From Thalia democratica (lineage: Eukaryota), in NCBI GenBank assembly GCA_965202585.1, contig OZ241826.1, forward strand, positions 15,252,001 through 15,316,000: DNA of 64,000 nt. Direction: 5' to 3'. The notes under the pieces were generated by a model. The model was not told where the DNA came from, did not search any database, and saw only the letters and a list, made by a program, of their open reading frames with translations. The translations under genes were made by a program, and so were the position numbers. Below are positions 26,931 to 44,049 of the stretch, one piece after another (within the stretch, counting starts at the first letter, position 1; each line of letters starts with the position of its first letter).

Positions 26931-29081
26931 TTTAGACCAGAGATGTTAAAATGCTAAAAGTTACTATGGTAATTCAGCAATGAAGTGTTTTATTTTTGGT
27001 TTGTTTTAAGTTAGTAATTTCACGCTTGAGTAAACAAAGCAGAGCTTTTTAACATGTCTGGTTTAGACTACTATATGACATTTCTGTAACTCAAGTTGGA
27101 TTAGTTAAAGTTTAATTTGGTTTTAATGTTGCTTAAAATACCTTTCTTTGTAAGTGCTTTTGTTGTAGTGTTGATAATCTACTTTCAAAAGTTTGAAGAA
27201 GTCTACTGTAATGCTTAGAATTTTTAGTGGGTAACATTTTTTTATTAAAAGTTTTTTTAGAATCTTTTAAGCATCTTTTTCAGCTAAAATTGCTTTTGCA
27301 TTGTTTTTTTATGCTATTTAATGTAAATCAACCTTTAAAAAAACTTTTAGAATTTTTGTTTATTTGATGCTCTAAGTTTTAGAAGGAACACCATATAAAA
27401 TTCTATTTAAATTAAAAAGTAATTTTTTTATATATTGTTGAACAGTGGTTCCGTGCTTTTAACCAATTTAATAATACTCTTGAAAGACAAAACTTAAATT
27501 CATGTTATATAGACAAGATACTGTATAGTTAACATTAAAATAAGCAATAAACCAGTAAAGAATAATAATTTTAACACTAATATATTCGTTTGTTAACGTT
27601 TTCTCAGTGTGCTACTAAATATTTATCTTTTTGTATCAAATTTAATTTTTTGCCACTTCGTACAGATCAGATTTTTTACAGTTAGATAAAAACTTCTAAA
27701 TACTCACACACAACACAGAAACTAATGTAAATTAATTTAAACAAAAATTAAGTAAAATTAACTTTTGTATTTATTTCTTTTCTCAGAGCGTTCCTAAATA
27801 TTTTATAAAGAAACTCTGTATTTTTTTGTGTCGAACTCAATTTTTTTGCCACTTCGATTATACAATTCTTTTAATTCTTTTATACAAAAATTAACAAAAA
27901 TGTTTTGATTAAAAGACACTGTAGAAAGCCATATTTTTTTTCTAAACACGTTATATTGAAAGAAAATAATTACTTTTAATCGATATAAGCAACTAAAAGA
28001 GATACAGAAATTAATGTTTTTAAAATACTTGTAGACTTTTACTATTTTTATTTCATAAAGCATAAAAATGAAAATAAAAATAAAAATGTACCCATAAAAA
28101 GACTGTTAAAATAAAAAGATTATTTCTAAATCGCACAAGTTGTGCAATATCTGCAAATAAAAGCTCTAATTTTTTATAGAATTATTGTTTAGCAGGGTTA
28201 CCACAGTTACATAATAAAAGAACTCTGAAAACTGAATTAACATTTGTTTGATTTATTTCTTAAAGTAGTGCGCGAGTAATTTATCGCAATTTCTTATAAA
28301 CAACTGGCCATACATGTTAATGTTAGTATATATATATAGATATATGATTGAATTAAAAACTTAGTTTATTACTATGGTTTTAATTTTGTTCAGACTTTTT
28401 AAAAGTAGATGTAATTAGACTACAAAAATAACTGTTTCAGCTACTTATTATCATATTTTATTATATTGCGACTAATGCTGAACAAAGCATAAAAAATAAG
28501 TAACATTAAAAACAAAAAGCTTTAACTTTCCTATCGTTAAAGTATTAGAACTTGAATTTGTAAAGCTTCAACAAAATATTAATTTTACTATATTTTTTTT
28601 AGGTGATTTGTAAAAAAAAAAAATTCTTTTAAACGATTTTCAAAATCTATGCAAAAGTTATCAAAATGAGTTTTAAAGTACTTTTATTTTCTAAAATTAA
28701 TTTGAAATAGTTAAATATATTTGTAGTATGTCGTAATCTTATCTAACTTTAAGTTAGTAACCTTCTAAACAACTTCAACCCTGGTAGCATACAGTTTTAG
28801 CCAAAATGTACTTCAATTTAAAATCCATTTTAGTACTTTCATCTTCTATTGCAATTTGGCTAATGTAATTCTTCATCAACTGCTAAATTGAGGTGGGTAC
28901 CTTTAAGTAATAAGATATATAGGTCAATATAACAAGTTAATTGTTCAAGGTCCATATTTAAATTTAAAGTTTAAAATCATGTAAACTTTTAATAAATAAA
29001 CATGAAATAATTTTGAAAGACATTTATATTTTTATTGTCACCTGTATTAACTAAATGTTTTATTAAAGTATATGCCATGAT

Positions 29082-29214
29082 GGGACAGTCAAGATATTGT
29101 TTAGATAGACACATTTGTGATGTCTAGAGGACATTCTGATAATTTGACTGTCTAGGTAGATTGATAGGCTGTGTATTTCACATATATAGCTCTTCTCTGC
29201 TAAAGATGACACTC
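29082..29214 (+). ncRNA. Candidate H/ACA scaRNA guiding U2 snRNA Psi54 (SCARNA13/U93-like function)
   Basis: 9-bp stem gacagtcaa/ttgactgtc encloses pocket strands gatattg (29093-99) and ctgataa (29136-42), which are complementary to U2 UUAUCAG-[U54-U]-UAAUAUC. A second hairpin and ACA (29209-11) follow, but there is no canonical ANANNA H box. It lies just upstream of the acceptor at 29224 that precedes the RPS27A ATG exon. Confidence 0.5.
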
Positions 29215-29227
29215 TTTTTTTCAGATT

Positions 29228-33071
<3,844 letters not shown>

Positions 33072-34257
33072 ATTGATTTGATTTGTATTTTTAGTCAATA
33101 AAATATAGTCACTTATTTAATTGTTGATTGTGTAAACTTTATTGATTATCATACACTATGTAAAAAGTAATATCCGGACTAAGATAAATTATAATAATAT
33201 TAGTGGGTACTTGAAGTTAAGATAAATTCTTAAATCTTATAGTTATTAAAATCCAATTCGTTGTTACTAAAATGTGGTTTGAAGTGTAGATTGTAAAATA
33301 ATATTGATAATTATGGTGTCCCTATTTCAAAATTTATAATCGTGAATGGTTGAGATTAAGGCCATAGGGTAGGGTAAGCCATGTTATTTAACAAGTTGAT
33401 CTTATTTTACAGAGCTTTTCTAGGCTTCAAGTTTTTTATTGTGTTAAAGAAATTCAAATTATTTTTAGAGATATGATACGTAGTAATACTTCGACTTGAC
33501 ACAAAAAGAATCTACCCAATGGATAAAATGTTTTTGCCATTTAACAAATTTTTCGTACTCAAAATCAATTTGCAAAAAAATTGCCACATTTAGGATTTTG
33601 GAAACTATATTATGTAATTGAAATTGAAAGCTTGAAATATATCATTACTCAGTATGACCTTCTCATTTATATGTAACTGGTAACTTTTTTTATAATTTAA
33701 CAATCATTACTAAATGAATATTATAATAAAGTTACTACAATCTGGGAGAATATCAAACTTCTAAATAATGTTAAAATTGGAAATAAAACATTGTTGTAAA
33801 TTTGAAAAACATAAGTTCTGTAGTAAAATTATAAGAAGCTGAAAGATATATTTCATGATAGAAGTTTACAATCGTAGTTTTCTTGCAGAGAAAACCCTAG
33901 TAATAAGTATTGATAGAAATCTATAACTACTGTTAAATTATCAGACAGATGAAACACTTACTAGAATAACTGCTAAAACACACAAAGCTTAACTATATAG
34001 TAATTATGCAAAATTTAATTCTAATTATTTGAAGAAACTTATATATACAGTTTATTTTGTCAGTAACAATAGTTGAAAAACTGGTTTATTATTTAAAACT
34101 ATAGCTTCTTTACATAAACTTATAAAAAAACTTTTTAGTTAAATCTCTAGGCATTGTTAAAACTACATTTGAGGAATTTTAAAGCATTCTAAAAGGTGTT
34201 ACCTATTAAATGTCCACATGATTTTAATTCATTTTTGTCAGTGCCATACAAAACAAC

Positions 34258-35487
34258 TCAGTTTTTTGTACCCAAATATAGCAAAATCCTAGTGAAGTAA
34301 CTACGAGACAAGGTATGAGATTCTATCGTAATACAAAGAAGTTTTAATAAGAATAAGCTTGTTGGTAAATTTGTTAGCAACTTCAAATTCTGCGTACTCC
34401 CTATACTTGAGATTCTACATACATTGCTTCTTATAGCAACTAAACTGTGACCAAGCCTATGGTTCACCATATTGGCCATGTGTCAGCTATGTGGTCGTAT
34501 ACTTCAAGAGAGTTTGTTCTCAAACCACCATTATCAAACATAAAAAGAGTAAATCCACTGGTGAAAGCAATAACTCCTTATTTACCGTGTCGCAACCCGC
34601 GTAAGTATTCGCATTGAAGCAAACTTTCTGCCTGTCAGCTCTCTGTATCAAGGTGGCTGCAGGTCCTACTTAAATGCAAATCGTTTACTTAACCGCTGAT
34701 AATAAGCATCTTGTCTAGGCAACAACACAAAAACTTTTACGCAATTCAAGTCAACCAATTGCTTTCAAGCTTGGTACTTTTAAAGTAAGCGTTATTATTT
34801 TTTACAAGTATATAAAGTTCCCCGTTAGAACAAACTACTTTGTTTATGAATTTTTTGGAACTGGAGCAAGGATTTCTATTTTTTTATAGAAGTTTATACT
34901 AATTTTACTTAGATTTTTTGCATCAGTTCCATTTATAATAATGTCAAAAAAATTTTGACAACAAAATCTAGTCATGCTTTGCTGAAAACGTGTCCCATCT
35001 GTTTTGTTACAAATAACTTCTTTTATTATTACCTCACACTCATCAGTTTTTCAAATGATAGATTCTTTGCTCAATAAATATTCTAGTGCTATTTCCGACA
35101 ACAAAGAAAGTCTTACTAGTACCAAGAGATCTTTTGCAAACTTGCTTCTTTTTTTTATATCGTAGTTAATTCAATAGTCTACTGCACTAAATATTTCAAT
35201 TTCTGAATTATATACAGCTCAGAAGAGCTAAAGATCTTTTTAATGAGGGCAAAATCTAACTGTAAGAGTTTCGGTTTTCACTTACCATTTTAAAACAGCG
35301 TTCCATATAACGCATTGATACACCATCAAGATTTGGTAACCTAAATAAGTTTATTAGGAAGTGCTACAGTATATACCTTAGTTTGTTCTTTTGAATACTT
35401 GCATAATTTTTTTCAAAAGACTCGCTGAGAGATGTTTTGCTCTTCTTAAAGTATTAAATTAATTCTTTACTTTTTTCTATCAAATTA
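34258..35487 (-). pseudogene. BACK-Kelch pseudogene K4
   Basis: Fragments YMERCFKMVSENRN, LDFALIKKIFSSSEL, AVDY*INYDIKKRSKFAKDLLVLVRLSLLSE and EVYDHIADTW/PNMVNHRLGHSLVAIRSN, with in-frame TGA stops (e.g. 35171-73) and frameshifts. Confidence 0.85.
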
Positions 35488-37080
35488 GCTGCAAAATGTT
35501 ATATTTGAACGAAAGTGTTGCTAACTGTTTATTAATTGTTTTTAATTATATAAATATATGTATATGTTTGAAGCATTATATTATGAAAAAATAGAAAAAG
35601 CTTACTATCTTGTATTGGTCTGTTGGTATTTTGTAGAATGTTTTCATCTGTTTTTTTAAAAAACAACTTAACATTTCTTAACAAACTAAAAATCTTTAGA
35701 TTTTGAATAATATTTTCAAATATTTTAAGCTCCCATGTTTTTAATATCACTCTCAGTTTTTTTTTTTGTTTAGCTTTGTTGTCACTTAATGTCACATTTA
35801 TTATTGTAATTAATGTTAGTTTAACTCACTGGTTTGCTGAACAACAATTTGAAAGTACTTTTAATAATATAAATTATATAACAATATAAAATATTTGTCG
35901 ATTCTTGAAATATAAATATTTTTATAAATAGTATTAATGTACTTAATAACTATTAAAAAAACATATTTAGTAATAATACTCATAACTGTTTTAACCAGGT
36001 ATATAGCTATAAACATTTTTTAATTATATGACAAACTTTAAGCTTAGTTGAGATAGTTTGTAAAAGTTCTTAAAAAATCTTAAATAAGAGTATGTTATCA
36101 TTTTTTTATATTTTTTTTATAATCTTATTACTTAGACAAACTTTCTAAAAAAATCTTTGACAGAACAAAAAACATTGTTTTTTATTTTTTTACTAACTAA
36201 ACCAAATTAAACTTACTTTTGATAATTTTAGTATTTTTAAGATATCATGAATTAGTTTATAACTTCAAATGAGTGACAACCATGAATTTAATTTAGCTAA
36301 TGTACGTTTGTCATTGATATTTTTAAAACCAGGTGACAAACTTTACTCGTGAAAAAAAATTGTCGTTCTTAAATTATACTTACTAGTTTACTCACAAAAT
36401 TTAAATTTCAAAACCGGACAGTTTAAATATACTTAGCCAATAGTATTAACAAAAAACAGTTTCAATTTGTAGGTACAGCTTCTTCATATTTGATAGATAT
36501 TCAAGTAATGGCTTTTATTGTTATAACACAACTTGTACAAAATTTTATATGACAAAATAACTTAAGTTTTGTGATATCGAATACTTTCAACTCATTGCAA
36601 TAAAAATGTTTGAAAATGTTCATAGTTTATGTAGTATAGTTTAAACTGTGCAATGTAAATTAAGTGTATAGACAGTATCAATTTTACTGTGTACATAAGT
36701 TATAAAAACTATCAAAAATAATAATATAAGATACTTTCATTTCGTTATTCAAAGGCGCTTTTACATAATCATTCTATAACTCTTCATATATTCCTTTTAG
36801 ATTAAATTTATTGAAGAATTTTGTTATAAGTGTCTTCAATAGTAGTTTATTATAATGAAACATAGTTTAATAGTAGAATTATGTGGAATATGATACTCTT
36901 AAGTTCATTAAAACTACAATATTACAAATTAAAAACTAGAATAAGATTAGTTATAAAAGTGTAAAGGTAAGTACTAAAGTATATGTAAGCTGATAGACTT
37001 TTTCATTAAGATATAACAGTGTACTACATAGTACTGCACAGTATAAGAATATTTAAATTTCAATTCAAGCTAAATGTCCT

Positions 37081-37190
37081 GGACATGACGTTAAACTGTT
37101 CTGGTGAAAGAATCCGAATGGGTTTTTTGTACACCAAGTTCTTGGTCCAAACTTTTGGAGCGTGTTTTTTGTCGTTCAATAAACAATAAA
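37081..37190 (+). repeat. Degenerate dispersed repeat, SINE-tail-like
   Basis: Similar to 26811-26930. Confidence 0.35.
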
Positions 37191-37959
37191 TACAACTTTA
37201 TATATAATATCAAACCAAAAAATGAATTTGATGAAACATCAATACTTGCTAAATTTAGTATTTAACTAATGACTAATAAAAAAATAAAAGTTATCGTAGA
37301 ATGATTTACTATTAATTTACTATTAAATTGATTTCAATAAACATCATAGTAGTATTCTGTATAACACTTAGTTAGTAGTTACATTTGCAAAATAAAACAA
37401 CATAAATCAAACATTTCATAATAGTACTACTAACAGTTGTTACTTTAAATTTGCTACAATACCAAAAATAAGAGTCTCTAACTTGAATTAAAGAGATAAA
37501 CAAAACATTTAATATTTCAAAGAGCTTACTTACAAAACAATGTTTCGCCAAGTAGGGCTTTCAGTTATAACTACTTAATTTTAAATAGAGTGTACTGGGC
37601 GATAAAGTTTTTTGAAATTCAACTTTTTAAAGTATCAAATGTTTAGTACAAACAGTAAATAAAAAAACTTGCTGATAGAAATTTAATTTTTATTTAGTAT
37701 ATCAAACTTGTTTGTATTTTTATAACCGTGTAATTAGCTTAAACAAGTTTTATTTTAGAAATGATTTAATTTTTAATGTTTAAATAATGTTACTTCTTAA
37801 GTTTCTTTTGAGAAGAAGTTTTTAAAGATTTTAGAAACTAAAACACCTTACTATAAATTATTAATAACATAATAATTAACCTGTTTAAGCATTAGTTATA
37901 TAATAAAACAGCTATTAATAAAGCTAGTAACAAGTTTAAATTATAGAATTATACTGACT

Positions 37960-38500
37960 TTTATACTTAGTGTTCACTGTTCAAAATTGTGTTAGTATAT
38001 CTTTTTTTTTTTTTCGTTCAGAACAAAATTCATTTTGATTTACTTGTGACTCGATAGTAATCTAGGAATATAAAAATAATAAAGCTTAAATCATATTATA
38101 CAAATAATTGAAATTACTATACTTAAAAACAATAGGAATATTGCAAAAAAAAAGATCAGTAAATCATCTTGAACCTCTTTTAAGAAAACGTATTTTTAAG
38201 ATTTCAGAAACCACACTAGCTCAATAGAAAAATATTTATAACATCACAATCCTGTTTACACATAAAAAATAAAGCTAACAACATTTATAAATAACAAAAT
38301 TGTACTGAGTAAAAGCTTAGTGTTCACTATTCAAAAAGTAGTTAACCAAGTTTTCGATCTATTTTTTGCTTTTTATTTGGAACGATATTTATTCTGATTT
38401 AATGACAACTGAATAGTAATCTAGGAAAACAAAGAGAATAAAGCTTAAAGTACTATACATAACTAAAATAGGGTATATTACAAAAAAACTATCAGTAACT
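37960..38500. repeat. Local direct duplication (~170-bp blocks, ~350-bp period)
   Basis: cttagtgttcactRttcaaaa...atagtaatctaggaa...ataaagcttaaa occurs at ~37966 and ~38316. Confidence 0.6.
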
Positions 38501-39737
38501 CATCAGGTTTTAAAACCTAAATAAACGCAGTCTTAAACTTTTTTTACATAAAACAATTTTAGTACTATTGAATAAAAATAGGATTTTGTTGAATAGAATG
38601 TGTAAACAAACAAGTAAGTTTATGTTTAAGTTTATATGTAAGTTTTGTTGTAAGTTTCAAGTAGTATCATAATAAAATGTTTTACACTATGTTCTGGTAG
38701 GTTAAAGTATTTTTTATTTATATCTGTTTTCTTTTTATAACAAATTTGTTTCTTTGTGTTATGGATTGTTACTAAATACGTATTACAAAGATTTATTTAA
38801 TGATTGGGTTTTAAACATTTTGCTAATATAAAAAATTAATTAGTTACAGCTAAAATGTTATAAATAAACATTAAAAACTGCTGCACTTAACTTGCTTACA
38901 TGCATTTTTATTTATTATTAAAAAAGCTGTCTTTTATATAATAAATTAAAGTAAATATAACATACTTCTTTAAAATTCTGCTAGAACGTAAAAAAATGAA
39001 AACAAACTTTTATAAAATATCTAATAAACTTTTCTTTAATAAATTAAGCTAAAGTCGAACTATAAATTTTTTTTACTTAAACGGATTAATAAAATAAAGC
39101 TATAAACCTTTACAGTATAGGCTTTACTTTTAAAAGTAATTTTTTAATTAAATAAAGTTTATTGAAACTATAGACGGTGTAGAAACACTTATTCTAAAAT
39201 GCAATATGCATTTTTTTTTAGACTATTGAAACTAAAATCATTTTTAAATGATTCAAATAGAGTATAAATATGTTGTAAATTTCGATAAAGAATTTTTTTT
39301 TAAATTCGTTTAAAATAAGTCTTTCAAAACTTCCATAAAACTAATATAGTTAGCGTAGTACTGCTGTAAATATAAATAGAAATTAAACTTATAAAAAGTA
39401 AAACTTACATTTGTCAATTAATAAAAACGTGTTTCATAAACTAATTAGTGATATCAATCTTATACATGCATATATAAATTTCGGTAATTTTTATTAAACA
39501 TGATAGTAAATGCATATTTATATACGTTGCACACTAATACTTAGAGTTAATTTATACCTTTTCATTTATTAAATACTCTTTTAGCTATTTAAAACATACT
39601 ATAAAAAGAACAGTTGAAACTAAACTTCTAAAGTCCTAAAAGTTTTTTCTTTGACTTAAATCTTGATAAGTAATTTACAGTGTTTCTATTTTTTATTAAT
39701 TTCCAAGCTAGTTTTACTGTTTGCCAAGAAGTGGCAT

Positions 39738-39784
39738 CAGCTGTTTATAAAAAGACTTTAAAAATTCTTTTATTGTTTTCAGTT
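39738..39784 (+). promoter_or_regulatory. TATA + Inr core promoter candidate of the orphan membrane protein gene
   Basis: CAGCTG at 39738, TATAAAA at 39746-52, TCAGTT at 39779-84, ATG at 39802. Confidence 0.45.
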
Positions 39785-39801
39785 GTACTTAAAGTAGAAA
39801 T

Positions 39802-41130
39802 ATGAAATTCCTGTTACTTCTTGTGTCTTTCTGCTTTATTATGGCCAATGTTTGTGCCAAATCTGACAATGTTTGTTATTAAAGTGATATAATTCATGTA
39901 TATATTAACCTTTAATTTTATTTTTATTAATACAGTTTATCTATTTTTATAAGTATTAATTATAAAACTTCCGACAATTTTTTTAATATGTTTGCTTTCA
40001 ATTTATTATTGTTATATTTTTAACTTACAGGATCTGAAAGTTGAAGGAGTTATCAATCTAAGTTAGTTTTTCATTATTTTTATATAAAAATTCTAATGTA
40101 TTATTTACAAAAGAAACCAATGCCTTGTAGTAGTAAAACTGAAGTTAAAACATCATTTTAGATTTTTCTCCAGCTGAATCTGCAAAGGAAAGCGTCGATA
40201 CAAACTTAATAAAATTGTTTGCCATCAATAAAAGTATGTTTTAATTTGTAGTCTGTTTAGTATAAGAAAATATAATTTTATAATAAAAATATTTCAAGAA
40301 ATTAATTTTAAGTTTTTTAACTATAAATGTTAGAGTGTAACAGGAACTTGAATAATATTGGTCTGAACAATCAATCAAACAGAATATTTTAATTTTAAAC
40401 TACAACAAAAATATTTATGCTCAAACTTCTTTCAGAGTTAAAAACACTCAATTATTAAAAATTTTTACGAAAATTCAATACAATTTTGCAGATGAGTTGT
40501 GTGAAAGTAACGATGAAATTTGTTTGAAGTCAGATGATATTTTGTGTAATTGTAACAAAACAAGTTCAACTGATGAAAAATCTGATTGTTTTGTATTGAT
40601 GACCACTACTGATGTAAATTCAACTGATGTGAAAAATGAAGGTTTAATTTATATTCTAGTTAAGTGCTAAAATTTGTCTTTTTATTTTTGGTTTGTTAAA
40701 CTATTAATAACATCATATTGTTGCTGTATGCATGATTAATTGTTATTGAAATTTTAAATATTCTTTAAACAGGATCCAGTACAGTCTTGATCATTGTGGC
40801 AGTTGTTTTACTTGTGGCCGTTGGAGTGGGAATGTCGACAGGATTTGTTTATACTTTGAAGAGAATTGATAAAATTCAGAAATTTATCGAGGATAAAAAT
40901 CATGAGGTTGATTATTTTATTGCTGAAAATTCAACTAAAATAAAATTATCTTTATAATTAGTTAACTTTTTTTTCATTGTTAGTTTTCTTAATACTTACA
41001 ATATTTAATTTTTATTTTTACTCAATTTGAATAAAATGTTCAAAACTAACTACAATTTTATAACCAGGTGAAGAAATCTAATATTGTTCAAACTGGAATT
41101 GTTCATCCAATTGATTTGGAAAATAAATAA
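39802..41130 (+). CDS. Small single-pass type I membrane protein with Cys-rich ectodomain, ~181 aa, no family recognised
   Basis: Exons 39802-39870 (signal peptide MKFLLLLVSFCFIMANVCAKSDN), 40031-40061, 40162(or 40174)-40233, 40334-40360 (tentative), 40492-40641 (DELCESNDEICLKSDDILCNCNKTSSTDEKSDCFVL...), 40773-40906 (TM VLIIVAVVLLVAVGVGMSTGFVY, then TLKR) and 41068-41130 (VKKSNIVQTGIVHPIDLENK-stop). All phases are compatible. Confidence 0.8.
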
Positions 41131-42218
41131 TATTCAAAAATTTCTTCAGTATATTTATGTTGAAACGGAAATAGTATATGTTCAACAACTTTCAATTTGT
41201 TCGTTTTTAAATTACAAACTTTGTTGCAGTCATTAATACCTGTTTTTATATTTACATTTCGTTGATTTATTGAATTTATTTTAGTTACTAAGTTTCGTTG
41301 TATTTCCTAGTCTTTGTTTAATACAGTACAAAAAAAAATCAGAAGTCTATTGTTTATAAATAGTAAATTAAGCATTTAGAAAAATAACTAGATGTGTGAG
41401 TAATCGAGCTTAAACTATAGACAAAACGTACATGTTGTTTAAGTATGACAAAAAAAAACTAGTTTTCTATGCTGTTGTAAAAAATAATAATAACTAAGTC
41501 GTTACATCGACTGAAGTGTAAATGAGCAACAAAAAAAAAGTTGAATATTTGAGTTAAATTAAGTACTAATCGTAAAATAACAAGTCTATTGTCCAAAAAC
41601 CTTAACAAAATAATTTAAAATTTTATGTTCTTTAAATCTTGAAGTATTTTCAAAACTTACAAACTTTTTTAAATTTTCGAAATTATTTATAATTTAGTTT
41701 TTCAAATGTCCAAGTCAGGTCAACAATATAATAAGTTTATTCTCAAACTATGTTTACACCAATGTCTCTTTTTTTAACCTATTGTGCTTGTAATAATAGT
41801 TCCTTAGCATTTTTATATGTTTCAAGTTACTAGATTTATCTTTATATCTATTTCAATTGGTAGCTCAATAAATACAAATATTTATGAAAACTTAAAGTCC
41901 ATAATTTTGCTTTAAGAGATAAAATATTTACACTATAGTAAAAAATATGTCACACAGTTATTTTCTAATAAAGTATTAAAGTTATAGTAAAAATTGAGTG
42001 TGTATGGCAACCATTAGTCATAACATTAATTATAACTAAATTAATGTTCCAGCTTAAATTACTTTTAACAGCTTTAAAATATGTTAAGCCTGTGATAACT
42101 AAACAAAAACTAATAAACTTGTTAAAACATACAAACATAAAATTATTGGTTAAGTTTCAAAGCTTCTGCACGCTCATGGAGCTGAGGTTTATAAACGCAA
42201 TAAAGCTTTCTACCATAA

Positions 42219-42291
42219 GTTTCCGTAGTGTAGCGGTTATCACGTTCGCCTAACACGCGAAAGGTCCCCGGTTCGAGCCCGGGCGGAAACA
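42219..42291 (+). tRNA. tRNA-Val(AAC)
   Basis: 73-nt cloverleaf gtttccgtagtgtagcggttatcacgttcgcctAACacgcgaaaggtccccggttcgagcccgggcggaaaca followed by a T-run. Confidence 0.97.
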
Positions 42292-42751
42292 TTTTTATGT
42301 ATTGGTTTGATTATGTAAGTATAATCAGGTTAATAATTAATTATTTATGATACATCTAGTAATTTTTAAAAGCAGATCTATTACTTGTTTATTGAAGATT
42401 TAAGAATATAAGACGATACAATATCACAGTATGTATATTTCTAAAGCTTTAAATAAAAAGAAACAATTTAAAAACTCAATTACATAAATTAGCATTAGAG
42501 ATTTTATCAAAAATTAATGTAACATAAAGTAAGAGTGTTAAGCTTAAATGTTTAAAATTATACTAAAGTAAATCAAGCTTTTGAACTTTAAACTGACTTA
42601 TTATACAGCTTTTACAGAACCATTTGCTAAAGGTTTTCAATAGAATTGTGCTGCTTTAATGGTAGAAATACACTATACCTTGGAATTTGGATAATAAAGT
42701 TTATTACATAAAAGCTATATAAATAACAACTCGTTAACTATTTTGAGCAAA

Positions 42752-42824
42752 AGGTTCCAGCGGGGCTCGAACCCGCTACCTTCTGCGTGTAAAGCAGACG
42801 TGATAACCGCTACACTATGGAACC
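42752..42824 (-). tRNA. tRNA-Val(TAC), C48A variant
   Basis: ggttccatagtgtagcggttatcacgtctgcttTACacgcagaaggtagcgggttcgagccccgctggaacct followed by a T-run. Confidence 0.93.
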
Positions 42825-42989
42825 GATGTTGAAATGCTTCTCGTGCAGTTTATAAAGCTATAAATTGCCTACTACTTCACCAAGAGTAGAAAGTTGAATA
42901 AATTTGTTTTTTCAGTCTACTGCTGAGCTTGCTTTTATGTTTGTATTTTTTGAATTACTACTTGAAAAGTGTCTGTTTTTTTATTAGTA

Positions 42990-43125
42990 ACGGAGATAAA
43001 TTTGGTAACAATATTCCTAAAAGGGGTAAAACACGAAAATAAAGGTTAAGAACCTTTGCTTTAAAGTTTATGCTTAAGTTTTCAAAATGTTCTACAAACT
43101 ATAAGTTTTGATTTCTGCTTTAGAA
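42990..43125. repeat. Duplicate of the right end plus flank of the 43703-44049 MITE
   Basis: aggggtaaaa..cgaaaa..ttaa.aacctttg-ctttaaagttta.Rcttaagttttcaa..t.ttctacaaacta matches 44010-44100, including the flank. Confidence 0.7.
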
Positions 43126-43702
43126 TGAAACTATTTATTGTAAAAAAACTAATTAAATAGATTAAATGATTATGCCACTATTTTTTTATATAACTTTATA
43201 ATTAATTTATGTTAGATTTTTATAAGTAAATCTTAATTCCTAAACACATTGAAGTTATATTAAAATTTAAAAAGCTTGTTAAATACATGTTAGTGGCAAT
43301 AGTATAGGGTATTGTTGTTGTTCTTATACATTCAGTATTTTAAAGTTTAATTAAATAATCTAAATTGAGTAGATCGAACAAAAGCATTTTTATAGTTTTT
43401 AAAATTTACTATTGTTAAACAACTTTAAAGTGTTAGCTGTTTTAAAATTAAAGTTGTATTTGTATATCATACAAGCTAAAAAGTTTTTATTTCTTAAAAT
43501 TTATTTTTTCTGACTTCAACGTTTTCAACGCATTTTCCAGTATATTTTATATTAAGTTGCGTACTTTAATTTAATAAGTTTTATAAATTTAATTAAATAA
43601 CTTTTTGTATCTCAATATAACTAAGGTTTAGTAATAATATGAAGGAAGTCATCAGAAAAACATCATTTTATAAACATAATAAAATCAAAAGTGTCTTTAA
43701 AG

Positions 43703-44049
43703 CAGCGATTCTTAACCTGGGGTAAATTTACCCCTGGGAATAAATTCTCTTTTTTTAGGCGGTAAGTTTTTCTTTATTAAAAGTTATGTATATTAATGTT
43801 TATTAATTGTCATTTTAATTTATAAGTTAATATTTAGCTGTATTCTTTTAAAGTTAATAACATCTTTAAATACTACGACTTTTTATACTTAATAAGCTTA
43901 TAGTTCAAAAAATCTAGTTATTTTCCTCAAAATTAGACTTAATTTTGTATATTGGAGGTAAATTCGGTAATCATCTTCCAAAAAGGAGTAAATTTGGTAG
44001 TAATCTTCAAAAAAGGGGTAAAAAACGAAAAAAAGATTAACAACCTTTG
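43703..44049. mobile_element. hAT-type MITE with perfect 8-bp TSD
   Basis: TSD ctttaaag at 43695-43702 and 44050-44057; degenerate TIRs cagcgattcttaacct / agattaacaacctttg. Confidence 0.8.

Larger units (their letters stand above)
22900..27330. repeat. Segmental duplication copy B
   Basis: Collinear with 15470-19900 (see copy A). Confidence 0.85.

Noticed and set aside
28830-28905. Hairpin caatttggc...gctaaattg upstream of RPS27A as another H/ACA RNA
   Set aside because: No convincing second hairpin, ACA or recognisable target.
35040-35180. Two in-frame TGA codons in K4 suggesting selenocysteine or readthrough
   Set aside because: Accompanied by frameshifts and deletions; ordinary pseudogene decay.
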